From: a virus
Reading direction: 5' to 3' (one strand)
Virus record (IMG/VR): IMGVR_UViG_3300029577_000022
Location: 1-47,376 of that record
Length of the DNA stretch: 47,376 nucleotides
The first letter of the stretch is position 1. Every line of letters starts with the position of its first letter. A program made the position numbers and the translations under genes. Below, in pieces: positions 24,236 to 32,615 of this stretch. A model generated the notes under the pieces. That model did no database searches. It saw only the letters and a list, made by a program, of their open reading frames with translations, and was not told the DNA's origin.

Positions 24236-25339
24236 ATGAACAAAAAAATTAACGCAGGATTAAAAATTACAGGCATTGGATGTGGTCAGTGCGGAACACA
24301 GATTATTGCAGAAATCGAAAGAGCAGTAAATCTTCTTGATGGTGATAAGTCAAATCTTTCATTTATTGGAATTAACACAAGTACAGAAGATTTAGCATCT
24401 GTTAGCTTATCTCACAAGATTCATATCAATAATTCTAAGGGTGCTGCTTGCGATAGGGATAAGAGTACAGAAGCATTGGCAGAAGGCATTGATGAAATTT
24501 TAGAAGAATTACAGTCTTACATTATTGAGGATTCAATTATTTTTATTGCATTTTCATGTGGTGGAGGAACAGGATCGGCTATTGCACCTATTCTTAGTGG
24601 AATATTAAAGGAAATGGGATATTCGGTTGGTATGATTCCTGTATTGCCAGCAGATACAGAACCATTAAAGGTAAGAGATAATGCAAGATTGACATTTAAT
24701 GAGATTGATGAATTAAAGCCAGAAATGGGAAGTATTTTTATCCTTGACAATAATGCAAGCGACAAAATTACTGTAAATAAAGTGTTCGCTTCATTATTTA
24801 CAGGTATTCTTTGTATCAATAATAAATCCCAGGATGGAAATATGGATTTGGCAGAAATTGAAGCTTGCTTAAAGTGTCCGTCATTCTCTGTCATTACAAA
24901 AACCAATGCAACAAAGGGAACGACTGCAAATATCATTGATATTTTAAATAAGGATAACAATATTTTTGCAAAGAGAGAGGACAAGACTGTTACGATTATG
25001 GGTATTTCTGAAGCTGTATCAGCAAAGGAAAGTAAGATTGATATTATTCAGTTGCGTAAAGAGGTAGGAACAGCACCAACAGAATTTCATGGTTATCTGT
25101 CTGAATCAGAAGAAAATGTAATTATTCTTAGTGGTTTAACAATGCCATACAGTAGATTGGATTCAATGACAGATGCTATTGAGAAAGAAGCTGTGAATGT
25201 TCAAAACTCTATGAAAGCATTAACAGAAGTAAGAACTGCAAAATCATTAGATATATTTGGACAGAAGGCAGAGCCAGTTGTAGCACCAAAGAAGTCAAAT
25301 AGATTAGATGCACTAAAAGCAAGAAGAATCAGCAAGTAA
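24236..25339 (+). CDS. tubZ: Tubulin/FtsZ-superfamily GTPase, TubZ/PhuZ-like
   Basis: T1-like GIGCGQCGTQI and the tubulin signature SCGGGTGSAIAP are present. 367 aa. ATG follows GGAGGA. Confidence 0.75.
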   Translation: MNKKINAGLKITGIGCGQCGTQIIAEIERAVNLLDGDKSNLSFIGINTSTEDLASVSLSHKIHINNSKGAACDRDKSTEALAEGIDEILEELQSYIIEDSIIFIAFSCGGGTGSAIAPILSGILKEMGYSVGMIPVLPADTEPLKVRDNARLTFNEIDELKPEMGSIFILDNNASDKITVNKVFASLFTGILCINNKSQDGNMDLAEIEACLKCPSFSVITKTNATKGTTANIIDILNKDNNIFAKREDKTVTIMGISEAVSAKESKIDIIQLRKEVGTAPTEFHGYLSESEENVIILSGLTMPYSRLDSMTDAIEKEAVNVQNSMKALTEVRTAKSLDIFGQKAEPVVAPKKSNRLDALKARRISK

Positions 25340-25406
25340 AACAGAGAACAATATAGTGTGTGTGGTGGAAATCCACCCTCACGAACCAAAGAAAGGACTT
25401 TGCTAT

Positions 25407-25808
25407 ATGGGAAAATCAAAAGTAATACAGATGAAGAAAGCAGACAAATCACAGGAAGCGAGACAGATTCTAAAGAATGGTATCGTAAATGGAATGTGTA
25501 TTGAAAAACTAATTCAGATGACAGAATTTGGGCTTGTTGGAAATATAGACAGTGTAAATGGTACGAATGGCACAAGTCATTATTTTAATCGTATGAAATA
25601 TGTTGTGGCTGAAAATGAAAGAGGATTCGATCTTATAAATTATTTCTTCACAGATAAAGAAAACATCATTATAGCAACAACTTCCATCAGCATTGACCAT
25701 ATAGACAATATTTCAGGTTGTATCAATAAAGATAATCCTGACAATGTGCTTGATATAAATATTGTTATGGTGGATGGCGCAGAGATTACAATCAACGTGA
25801 TTTATTAG
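25407..25808 (+). CDS. Hypothetical protein
   Basis: 133 aa from ATG 25407, an internal start of the track ORF. Confidence 0.5.
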   Translation: MGKSKVIQMKKADKSQEARQILKNGIVNGMCIEKLIQMTEFGLVGNIDSVNGTNGTSHYFNRMKYVVAENERGFDLINYFFTDKENIIIATTSISIDHIDNISGCINKDNPDNVLDINIVMVDGAEITINVIY

Positions 25809-25827
25809 ACAGAGGAGGACTAATTAC

Positions 25828-26247
25828 ATGGAACTTACAGAATTATCAAATTTATTAAAGGAACAGAATGAGAGTGGCAAAGGTTTTCAAATTCATTTGA
25901 ACAGTGGAAATCTTGATGAAAAGAGCCAGCATAACACAGATGTTGAGTTTGGTGATTTATATTTCACTAATTGTAGGATGTTGGGAAATACAACACTTCT
26001 GTCATTCGGTAACAACGAAAAAAAGCCAGTAGGATTCAATGAGGAAATCAATCAGCCACTTTATCCAATGGAGATTAATAGCAGTATATTCATTGATATT
26101 GCAAAGATCGAAGCAGTTGAGGCAGTAGAAAATTTTGAGGACTGGTTTATATTTACATCATCGAGAGTCATTAATCTGTACATGCTGCCTCAAAACAACA
26201 ATGTAGACGGACACAGAAATGTTGTAACAATCGGTTTTATTGAGTAA
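25828..26247 (+). CDS. Hypothetical protein
   Basis: 139-aa ORF with a GAGGAGG ribosome-binding site. Confidence 0.55.
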   Translation: MELTELSNLLKEQNESGKGFQIHLNSGNLDEKSQHNTDVEFGDLYFTNCRMLGNTTLLSFGNNEKKPVGFNEEINQPLYPMEINSSIFIDIAKIEAVEAVENFEDWFIFTSSRVINLYMLPQNNNVDGHRNVVTIGFIE

Positions 26248-26280
26248 CAAACAGAGAATGTATATAGGAAGGAAACAGGC

Positions 26281-26421
26281 ATGGTTAAGATATGGATAAG
26301 AGCAGATACTGGTAAGTTATCACATGTAATCGAGTATGAGAACGGACAACGAGTACAGATACCAATAAACAAAGATGGCACTATTAAATGGCTGTCAGAT
26401 AAGATTAAAAAGCATAAATAA
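26281..26421 (+). CDS. Small hypothetical protein (46 aa, below the cutoff)
   Basis: The sequence reads MVKIWIRADTGKLSHVIEYENGQRVQIPINKDGTIKWLSDKIKKHK. AGGAAGGA ribosome-binding site. Confidence 0.45.
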   Translation: MVKIWIRADTGKLSHVIEYENGQRVQIPINKDGTIKWLSDKIKKHK

Positions 26422-26437
26422 ATGGAGGAAAATTATT

Positions 26438-27148
26438 ATGACAAACAAAGATTATGAAATTATTATGGGTTACTTTAACGGAAAGCACATTGATCGTGAG
26501 GGATTAGAGAAATCTTGCGATTTTGATAATTTGACAATGACAAAAGATGTTACAACAGATATTACAAAACTGCTTTCAGATGAAGGATATAAAAAATCTG
26601 AATCACAGAATGCTATCAAACAGTTCGTTGGGTTTGTAAAAAGTAGAAGTGGTTCAGGTGAAATTACATGGGATGGTTTAATTAAAGATTTAAAGAATTT
26701 AGAGCTTGCAGAATCAGCGTTTGGTATTAGAGTGCAGAATTTTGGAAAGGCATATTGGGAAGTATTTTTCGATCACTTTGATATAGAAAAGTGTGAAGAT
26801 GGAAATGTAAAATTAACATTCGACCATGAATATTATTATGACACGGAGAATGAAAGAGCATGGGAAGTATTAGATAAATACGGTATTGATGGTAATGTTC
26901 CGACAGAAAAAGCACTTTCTATCATTAGCGAGAAATGGACTGGTTTATCAGATGAAGAAAAAGACGAGTTGATTTCTGCACTTTCAGTACCGACAACTAC
27001 TCATTATGTGGATAAATCACGAATGGTAATCTTAAAAGAGGATATCGAAAAGATTAACAGGACAAGTGCAGATTTAGTACCTCATGTGGGATTGCGTAAT
27101 TATACAATCACTTTTACAAATGGAGAAAATGTGTATCTGAGATTTTAA
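26438..27148 (+). CDS. Hypothetical protein
   Basis: 236 aa from the ATG after GGAGGA. Confidence 0.55.
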   Translation: MTNKDYEIIMGYFNGKHIDREGLEKSCDFDNLTMTKDVTTDITKLLSDEGYKKSESQNAIKQFVGFVKSRSGSGEITWDGLIKDLKNLELAESAFGIRVQNFGKAYWEVFFDHFDIEKCEDGNVKLTFDHEYYYDTENERAWEVLDKYGIDGNVPTEKALSIISEKWTGLSDEEKDELISALSVPTTTHYVDKSRMVILKEDIEKINRTSADLVPHVGLRNYTITFTNGENVYLRF

Positions 27149-27253
27149 AACAGAGAGCAAATACAGTAAACGGTCAGCCAGTTAAGCAGATAAAAGAGAA
27201 TTATATGGGATTTCCATATCTCTGCCAGCATAGAAAATGGAGGATTAAAAGAT

Positions 27254-27766
27254 ATGACAAATTTAAGTTTAGACAAATTAAGAAAAGGAACAGGCGCATT
27301 TATTTCAGAATCCGATTTTCAGGTTATTCAGTTAGAATATCTTGATTATTTGGAAGAGAATGGTTTGATAGACGCAGAAGCTAATGCTGAAAAATTTTGT
27401 GAGATTTGGGTAGAGGAGCAAGAAAATCTTGATACATTCAAACAAACTTCTGATGGCAAGATTGAATATTACAGCATGGATGCAGATGATACACCTATGA
27501 CAACAGAAGAATATCTGAATGATTTGGATATGACATCGTATCATTGGGAAAATCTATGCCGTAGCTATTGGAAGATTTTTGAGGACATTCTTAACACGGG
27601 TAATGTGGATATGAAATTGCTTGCAAATATTTTAGCAGAAAGAACAATCTCACATGAGCAGATCTATGAATTGCAGAAGGCAATCAAATGTCGAGTCGCA
27701 GAGTTAGTGGCAAATGACAATAAAGATTTATTGGATGACAGCTTGAAATATCCATGTGGATGTTAA
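27254..27766 (+). CDS. Hypothetical acidic protein
   Basis: 170-aa ORF with a GGAGGA ribosome-binding site. Confidence 0.55.
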   Translation: MTNLSLDKLRKGTGAFISESDFQVIQLEYLDYLEENGLIDAEANAEKFCEIWVEEQENLDTFKQTSDGKIEYYSMDADDTPMTTEEYLNDLDMTSYHWENLCRSYWKIFEDILNTGNVDMKLLANILAERTISHEQIYELQKAIKCRVAELVANDNKDLLDDSLKYPCGC

Positions 27767-27772
27767 TAACGT

Positions 27773-27799
27773 AAAAAGTATTTTCTTAACGGAGAATAT
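27773..27799 (+). promoter_or_regulatory. Element-specific promoter-like motif, site S4 (AAAAAG-N12-GGAGAATAT)
   Basis: Matches the bipartite consensus. It is followed by a roughly 100-nt hairpin-containing leader before 27907. Confidence 0.5.
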
Positions 27800-27906
27800 T
27801 AATAATAGGTGGAAGTCCTGATAGGGTAAGTTCCTATCCCATCAAAACATTAACATAAAACCGTGGATCAGCGAAATGTTGATCCCGTACATAAAGGAGC
27901 AAGTAT

Positions 27907-28272
27907 ATGGGAAGCACAAGACCAACAACGGCGAAAAATCTTCAGAAAGCAATTAAAAATCATTTGGTCACAGTCGTAAATGCACAGACAGAGTGCAAAG
28001 ATACAAATGAAGTTCAGACTATTACGACAGAACAGTTTATAACAGATTTGAATTTTTATATGGAATCAGGTATCTTTTCTGATTCGTTGGATTTCAAATA
28101 TAGAATCACAGGAAAAGAATTTTTACAAGTTGAAGTTGGATATATGAGCAGTTTCTGTCAGTGCAGTATTGAAGTTACATTGAGATTGTGTGATGGTGTG
28201 ACACTTGATGAAGCTACAAAACAATTGAAAGAGACAATATTTGATCTTATTCCACCTGCAAAGAGAGAATAG
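27907..28272 (+). CDS. Hypothetical protein
   Basis: 121-aa ORF with an AAGGAG ribosome-binding site. Confidence 0.55.
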   Translation: MGSTRPTTAKNLQKAIKNHLVTVVNAQTECKDTNEVQTITTEQFITDLNFYMESGIFSDSLDFKYRITGKEFLQVEVGYMSSFCQCSIEVTLRLCDGVTLDEATKQLKETIFDLIPPAKRE

Positions 28273-28330
28273 AGTATATGAAAGGCAAGCTGCAGCAGCG
28301 GTGTGCCTGGAATATCATAAGGAGCTTACA

Positions 28331-28555
28331 ATGAAAAACTATGTATTTCAAATGCCGTTAGATCGGCTGACAGTTATAAAAGCGTTTGCAGTCGAAAAGT
28401 TGATGGAAAATGACAGAACAGTAATTTATCAGAATAAGTCTTTGAGAATGGCATTTGATAAAAAGGTTGTTCGAGTATTAGTTTTTCAAGAAGATGAAAC
28501 TATAGAACGAAAATTGTACAGATATTTCTATGAGACGGAGAAATTAAATAAATGA
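28331..28555 (+). CDS. Hypothetical protein (74 aa)
   Basis: ATG follows AAGGAG. It is an internal start of the track ORF. Confidence 0.5.
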   Translation: MKNYVFQMPLDRLTVIKAFAVEKLMENDRTVIYQNKSLRMAFDKKVVRVLVFQEDETIERKLYRYFYETEKLNK

Positions 28556-28989
28556 AAACAGGAAAAGTTAAGTGGTTCAACGATGCAAAAGGTTGGGGAT
28601 TTATCACAGATGAAACAGAAAAGGATGTATTCGTACATTATTCAAGTATTCAGATGGAAGGTCGGAAGTCTTTAAATCAGAATGACATTGTGGAATTTGA
28701 AATTGGAGAAGGCACAACCGGCAGGACACAGGCGGTAAATGTCAAGAGAACTTCTAATAATAAGAAATACGATGACATGACACAAGCTGAATTAACAGAA
28801 GAATTTGTCAATATTATAAAACAGAATTATGAGAATGGAATATGTTTATTAGATTCTAATTATGAACTGATACAATTTGATCAAATCTTAGAGAAAGATA
28901 TTATTAAAATTGATGATGCAATTAGCATTGTGCGTAATTTAAAGAGAATGCCCAATTTTAAAGAATATTGTAAAGGTATGACTCAATAA
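28552..28989 (+). CDS. Cold-shock-domain protein with a roughly 75-aa C-terminal extension
   Basis: The CSD motif [50 protein letters not shown] is present. Confidence 0.8.
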   Translation: MKTGKVKWFNDAKGWGFITDETEKDVFVHYSSIQMEGRKSLNQNDIVEFEIGEGTTGRTQAVNVKRTSNNKKYDDMTQAELTEEFVNIIKQNYENGICLLDSNYELIQFDQILEKDIIKIDDAISIVRNLKRMPNFKEYCKGMTQ

Positions 28990-28999
28990 TCAAATCAGT

Positions 29000-29026
29000 A
29001 AAAATCAATCTCCGAGTGGAGAATAT
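29000..29026 (+). promoter_or_regulatory. Element-specific promoter-like motif, site S2 (AAAAAT-N12-GGAGAATAT, exact 12-mer)
   Basis: One of three exact AGTGGAGAATAT copies. Confidence 0.55.
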
Positions 29027-29271
29027 AGTATTAACAGAGATATTGTTGCAGTGAGACGAAGCAACCGACTATTGAAGCGAATAGTTACAATCGTTGTACG
29101 GAACGGACTCGTTGATGATACTACTAGAAATATATCAGTGAAGATGCTGATTACCACGAAACGGAATCACAATACCATTGAAGATAATGGTTATATATAG
29201 AACGGAATAACAGGCACATTACCTATTATTGGTGGTGTGCCTACATTAAATTGAAAAAGAGGTATAGCAAT
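29027..29271 (+). ncRNA. Long structured 5' leader candidate (about 245 nt)
   Basis: Hairpins gttgc..gcaac, actatt..aatagt and aggcaca..tgtgcct are present. AACGGA boxes lie at 29102, 29160 and 29201, plus an extra ACGGA at 29098. Confidence 0.35.
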
Positions 29272-29934
29272 ATGGAACAAAGAGAAATGAAGCTAAGACA
29301 ACAGTTAGGAAGACATGGTTATAAATTAAAAGGTGCAAACGAAAGATTCTTTGTTAAATGCACATATACAGACAAGGTAGCATCACCATTAGATGATAAT
29401 AAACAGCCAGTTTATATGACATTGGATGAAGTAAAAAAATGGCTGAACGACAGAACCAATGAAGAAAAGCAGAAGGAACAGCTATGGAAAGACAAGCTCA
29501 ATAAATATAAGAGCATTCTGAAATATCCACAGTATGCTGAGTGGTGCAAGGATGTTGTGTTTGATACTTTGAAGGAATATAAAGCAGTTATAAATGAAAA
29601 TATCGACTTTATCAAAGCAGAGGTATTTAATTCCGAAAGTGAATTATACGCTTTTGTGGGATATAACGTAGAAAATATTTTGGATGAACTACAGATTCAC
29701 AAATACGATATGTCAATGTCAGAGGAAATCAGAATTGCTTTTTCGGAGACATATTATAAAAAGTATGAAGAACTGAATGCAGATGTACTTGAAAAAGAAG
29801 TGGACGATGGAGAGTATATTTTACAGGATTTGGTAGGCGATGGCGAATTGACAGAGAATGATTTATTGGAAATTGCTTTCAATGACATTGGTGTTGATGG
29901 TCTGAAAAAATTTATTTTGAATGTGGAGGATTAA
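29272..29934 (+). CDS. Hypothetical protein
   Basis: 220 aa from ATG 29272. Confidence 0.55.
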   Translation: MEQREMKLRQQLGRHGYKLKGANERFFVKCTYTDKVASPLDDNKQPVYMTLDEVKKWLNDRTNEEKQKEQLWKDKLNKYKSILKYPQYAEWCKDVVFDTLKEYKAVINENIDFIKAEVFNSESELYAFVGYNVENILDELQIHKYDMSMSEEIRIAFSETYYKKYEELNADVLEKEVDDGEYILQDLVGDGELTENDLLEIAFNDIGVDGLKKFILNVED

Positions 29935-29962
29935 CAGTATGAAATCAGTAAAATTATCATAA

Positions 29963-30352
29963 TTGAAGTTTAAGGATTTGGGACTGGATATAAAGAAAAA
30001 TTTTCTTAATCCACCAAAATGTGAGTGTGAGTGTGGGTGTGATGAGTACGGTCTATTGAGATGTGATAATTCAAATAAATTACAGGACAATATTTGTCAC
30101 ATGGTTTGTGAGAGTGGTAAATATCCATGTGGAGTAGTGGTGTTAAGAAAAGACAATACGATTTTAATTGGATTTTCAGACAAAGAACAACCTGCATTAT
30201 TATGCGGATATAGAAGCTATGCTTTTAAAGACGTACCAAAAAAGCAGCAGTATTTATCAGTTGGAGAACTGATTACAAAAACATATGAATTAGAGCATTA
30301 TGGAGTAATGATTGAATTAGAGGATAATTTCTATCAGACCATAATGGAATAA
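29963..30352 (+). CDS. Cys-rich hypothetical protein
   Basis: CECECGCDEYGLLRC...CHMVCESGKYPCG. TTG start with no clear ribosome-binding site. Confidence 0.45.
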   Translation: MKFKDLGLDIKKNFLNPPKCECECGCDEYGLLRCDNSNKLQDNICHMVCESGKYPCGVVVLRKDNTILIGFSDKEQPALLCGYRSYAFKDVPKKQQYLSVGELITKTYELEHYGVMIELEDNFYQTIME

Positions 30353-30368
30353 ATGGGGGTGATGCACT

Positions 30369-30962
30369 ATGAAGCAATATGTCAATTTGGAAACTGTAGA
30401 TATGTTTAAAAATAAATCAATTGAAATTATGCCATTAACTGTATTAACAGGAGTGAATGGTAGTGGAAAAACAACAATTCTAAAAGCTATTGAAGATCAA
30501 TTCTCTAACACGAGACATTATAAATGGACTGGATTTTCTATATTTAAAGAACATTTTGAAGGGGAAAAAGGAGATATTCTTTTATTTGAGCAACCAGAAG
30601 CAGGACTCCATCCAAAATTTCAGCTTGCACTTGCAGATATTATACTTGCCTATGCTCAAGCTGGACGAACGGTTGTTGTAGAAACTCATAGCGATCATAT
30701 TATAAATAGATTGACAAGGCGGTTTATTGAGAAACAAGAGGTTAGAGATATACTTAAAATTTATTTCTTGAAACATGAGGCTGATTTAGAACAAAACGTA
30801 TTCGAAATTACAAATATCCATACTGATGATGTAGATGGATGTATATGTGATGATAAAGATTTTTTTTATCAGTTTGCAGATGAGACATTAGAAATAACTA
30901 GTGCAGGATATAAAAATTTGCAAAAGAAATGTAAAGGACATGAAAGACAAGAGATATTTTGA
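30369..30962 (+). CDS. Miniaturised ABC/OLD-type ATPase with a DUF3696-like tail
   Basis: Walker A GVNGSGKTT, Walker B/D-loop ILLFEQPEAGLHP and H-loop VVETHSDHIINRL are present. The tail reads DKDFFYQFADETLEI. Only about 35 aa separate Walker A from Walker B. Confidence 0.6.
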   Translation: MKQYVNLETVDMFKNKSIEIMPLTVLTGVNGSGKTTILKAIEDQFSNTRHYKWTGFSIFKEHFEGEKGDILLFEQPEAGLHPKFQLALADIILAYAQAGRTVVVETHSDHIINRLTRRFIEKQEVRDILKIYFLKHEADLEQNVFEITNIHTDDVDGCICDDKDFFYQFADETLEITSAGYKNLQKKCKGHERQEIF

Positions 30963-31032
30963 GACGGAACATTTCAAGATTGATTTTATCGAGTTAGATT
31001 AGGAGGAATGAGTTATTACAAGCGAAAAAGAA

Positions 31033-31203
31033 ATGTGTCCAGTGCGTTCACTGGCATTAGCAAATTATTTATGTGGTCACGGTTACGAAATAAAGAAAGT
31101 TATTGATTCTGAAAAGAATCCACAGTACAAAATATTTTTATTTGAGGACAATAAAGCTATTCATAATAGTATTACTACATATCTCACAAACAGGGAGGTG
31201 TAG
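31033..31203 (+). CDS. Small DUF5659-like protein (below the cutoff)
   Basis: MCPVRSLALANYLCGHGYEIKKVIDSEKNPQYKIFLFEDNKAIHNSITTYL. The frame is open from 31012, and an upstream non-ATG start near the AGGAGGA site is possible. Confidence 0.45.
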   Translation: MCPVRSLALANYLCGHGYEIKKVIDSEKNPQYKIFLFEDNKAIHNSITTYLTNREV

Positions 31204-31209
31204 GATTTA

Positions 31210-32355
31210 TTGACCAAAAGCAGCGAAGAAAATAGATTGTCACAAAAGGTCTTTCTATTAAATAATGTCATTAGAGATAAGACCATATCTGATAATGGAA
31301 TCTTGGTTTATTGCTATCTAAGAGCAATTCAAAGAACAGATATGAATTATTATCCAATATCAGTTGATATAATGGATTATTTCTTTCGACACACATTTGA
31401 TATTGAGTCAAGAGACAAGAAAAAATATGTAGATGGATTAAATGATTTGGAAGAACATGGTCTAATCCATAAAATCAACGAAAAGAAGTATAACTTTGAG
31501 TACGATTTAGAACCTATATATTTTGATCCAACGAAAACCAACAAGGAAAATAATTTATGGTTCACAGTAGTTTATACGGACGAATTAACCACAATTATGC
31601 AGATTGATGATAAGAAATCTAACGTTAGCAAAGCTAAATTGATTAGATATTTTGTGAACGTTGTCAGTACCTTCCGTCATGGAAAAAGCTGGACATTTGT
31701 ATTATCCAATGGAAAAGAAACGGATGGAGTTATAGGATTTTCTTCTATAGAAGTATTATCGAATATATCCAATATAAGCAAAGATACTGTATTGGCATAT
31801 AACAAAATTCTGGAAGAGAACAAGATTCTATATATTTATAGGGCAAACGATTTACTACTCATAGACAATGAAATATCTGGAATCACCAATACATATGGAA
31901 GATACAAATATAAGAAGTTCATCATTGATGAGGGTGAAGATCATAAAAAGGAATATGGTTATTGTCAATCAGTAGAGAGCATAAAGCACAAGACAGCAAA
32001 GACATCAAAGCGAAAGAGTCTGGGAGCAAAATATTTCAACTTGGTATCAGGAAATAAAATGTACGATAAAGAAACTATCATTGAGATATACAAATATGCG
32101 GTTGAATTTAATAAAAGACATGAAAACGATGGATATTGTGAAAACGATTTGAAAGATATTTATTTCTTTGACCAGTTCCCATTCATAACAGAAGATTGCT
32201 TGAAAAATAAGGACAAAGCAAAAAGACCATTTCCAATAGAAGAAAAAAGTAATGATGATATATGGGGAGAAGCTGATCCATTAGAGAATGATTTTAGCAT
32301 AGAGGAAATAATTGATATGCCAGGTATGAATGAAACTAAACATAATATAGAATAA
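31210..32355 (+). CDS. Putative replication initiator or organiser (RepA_N/DnaD-like N-terminus)
   Basis: The N-terminal QKVFLLNNVIRDKTISDNGILVYCYLRAIQ pattern resembles RepA_N-type initiators. This is weak evidence. Confidence 0.35.
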   Translation: MTKSSEENRLSQKVFLLNNVIRDKTISDNGILVYCYLRAIQRTDMNYYPISVDIMDYFFRHTFDIESRDKKKYVDGLNDLEEHGLIHKINEKKYNFEYDLEPIYFDPTKTNKENNLWFTVVYTDELTTIMQIDDKKSNVSKAKLIRYFVNVVSTFRHGKSWTFVLSNGKETDGVIGFSSIEVLSNISNISKDTVLAYNKILEENKILYIYRANDLLLIDNEISGITNTYGRYKYKKFIIDEGEDHKKEYGYCQSVESIKHKTAKTSKRKSLGAKYFNLVSGNKMYDKETIIEIYKYAVEFNKRHENDGYCENDLKDIYFFDQFPFITEDCLKNKDKAKRPFPIEEKSNDDIWGEADPLENDFSIEEIIDMPGMNETKHNIE

Positions 32356-32400
32356 ATTTCATTATTCAACAATGAACAATGATTAAAAAAATAATGGAGT

Positions 32401-32583
32401 ATGGATGCGATAGCAGCCATACGAAATTATACATTAAACCAAAAAGAAACGATACAAAAAAGATTTTCTTTAGTAAAAAGTATCTTTAGTAAGATAATCC
32501 TAAAATATGTCAAAAAACATACAAATAATCGGATGGTTGCTATCCTAAAATATGTAAGAAAATTGACAAATTTTAGGATGTGA
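32401..32583 (+). CDS. Doubtful small ORF overlapping a DNA repeat cluster
   Basis: The peptide repeats ILKYVKK/ILKYVRK mirror the DNA repeats, which include an inverted copy. The region is more likely regulatory DNA. Confidence 0.2.
   Translation: MDAIAAIRNYTLNQKETIQKRFSLVKSIFSKIILKYVKKHTNNRMVAILKYVRKLTNFRM
32497..32579. repeat. Iteron or operator-like repeats: ATCCTAAAATATGT at 32497 and 32542, plus inverted ATTTTAGGAT at 32570
   Basis: Exact 14-mers lie 45 bp apart, and a TTGACA hexamer sits at 32563. Confidence 0.6.
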
Positions 32584-32615
32584 GGAAATCAGATAGAAGA
32601 AGGAGAATATTTAAG

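Noticed and set aside
30017-30042. (TG)n-like microsatellite gtgagtgtgagtgtgggtgtga
   Set aside because: It sits inside an ORF and encodes the Cys-rich CECECGC motif. It is not an independent repeat locus or a CRISPR-like array.
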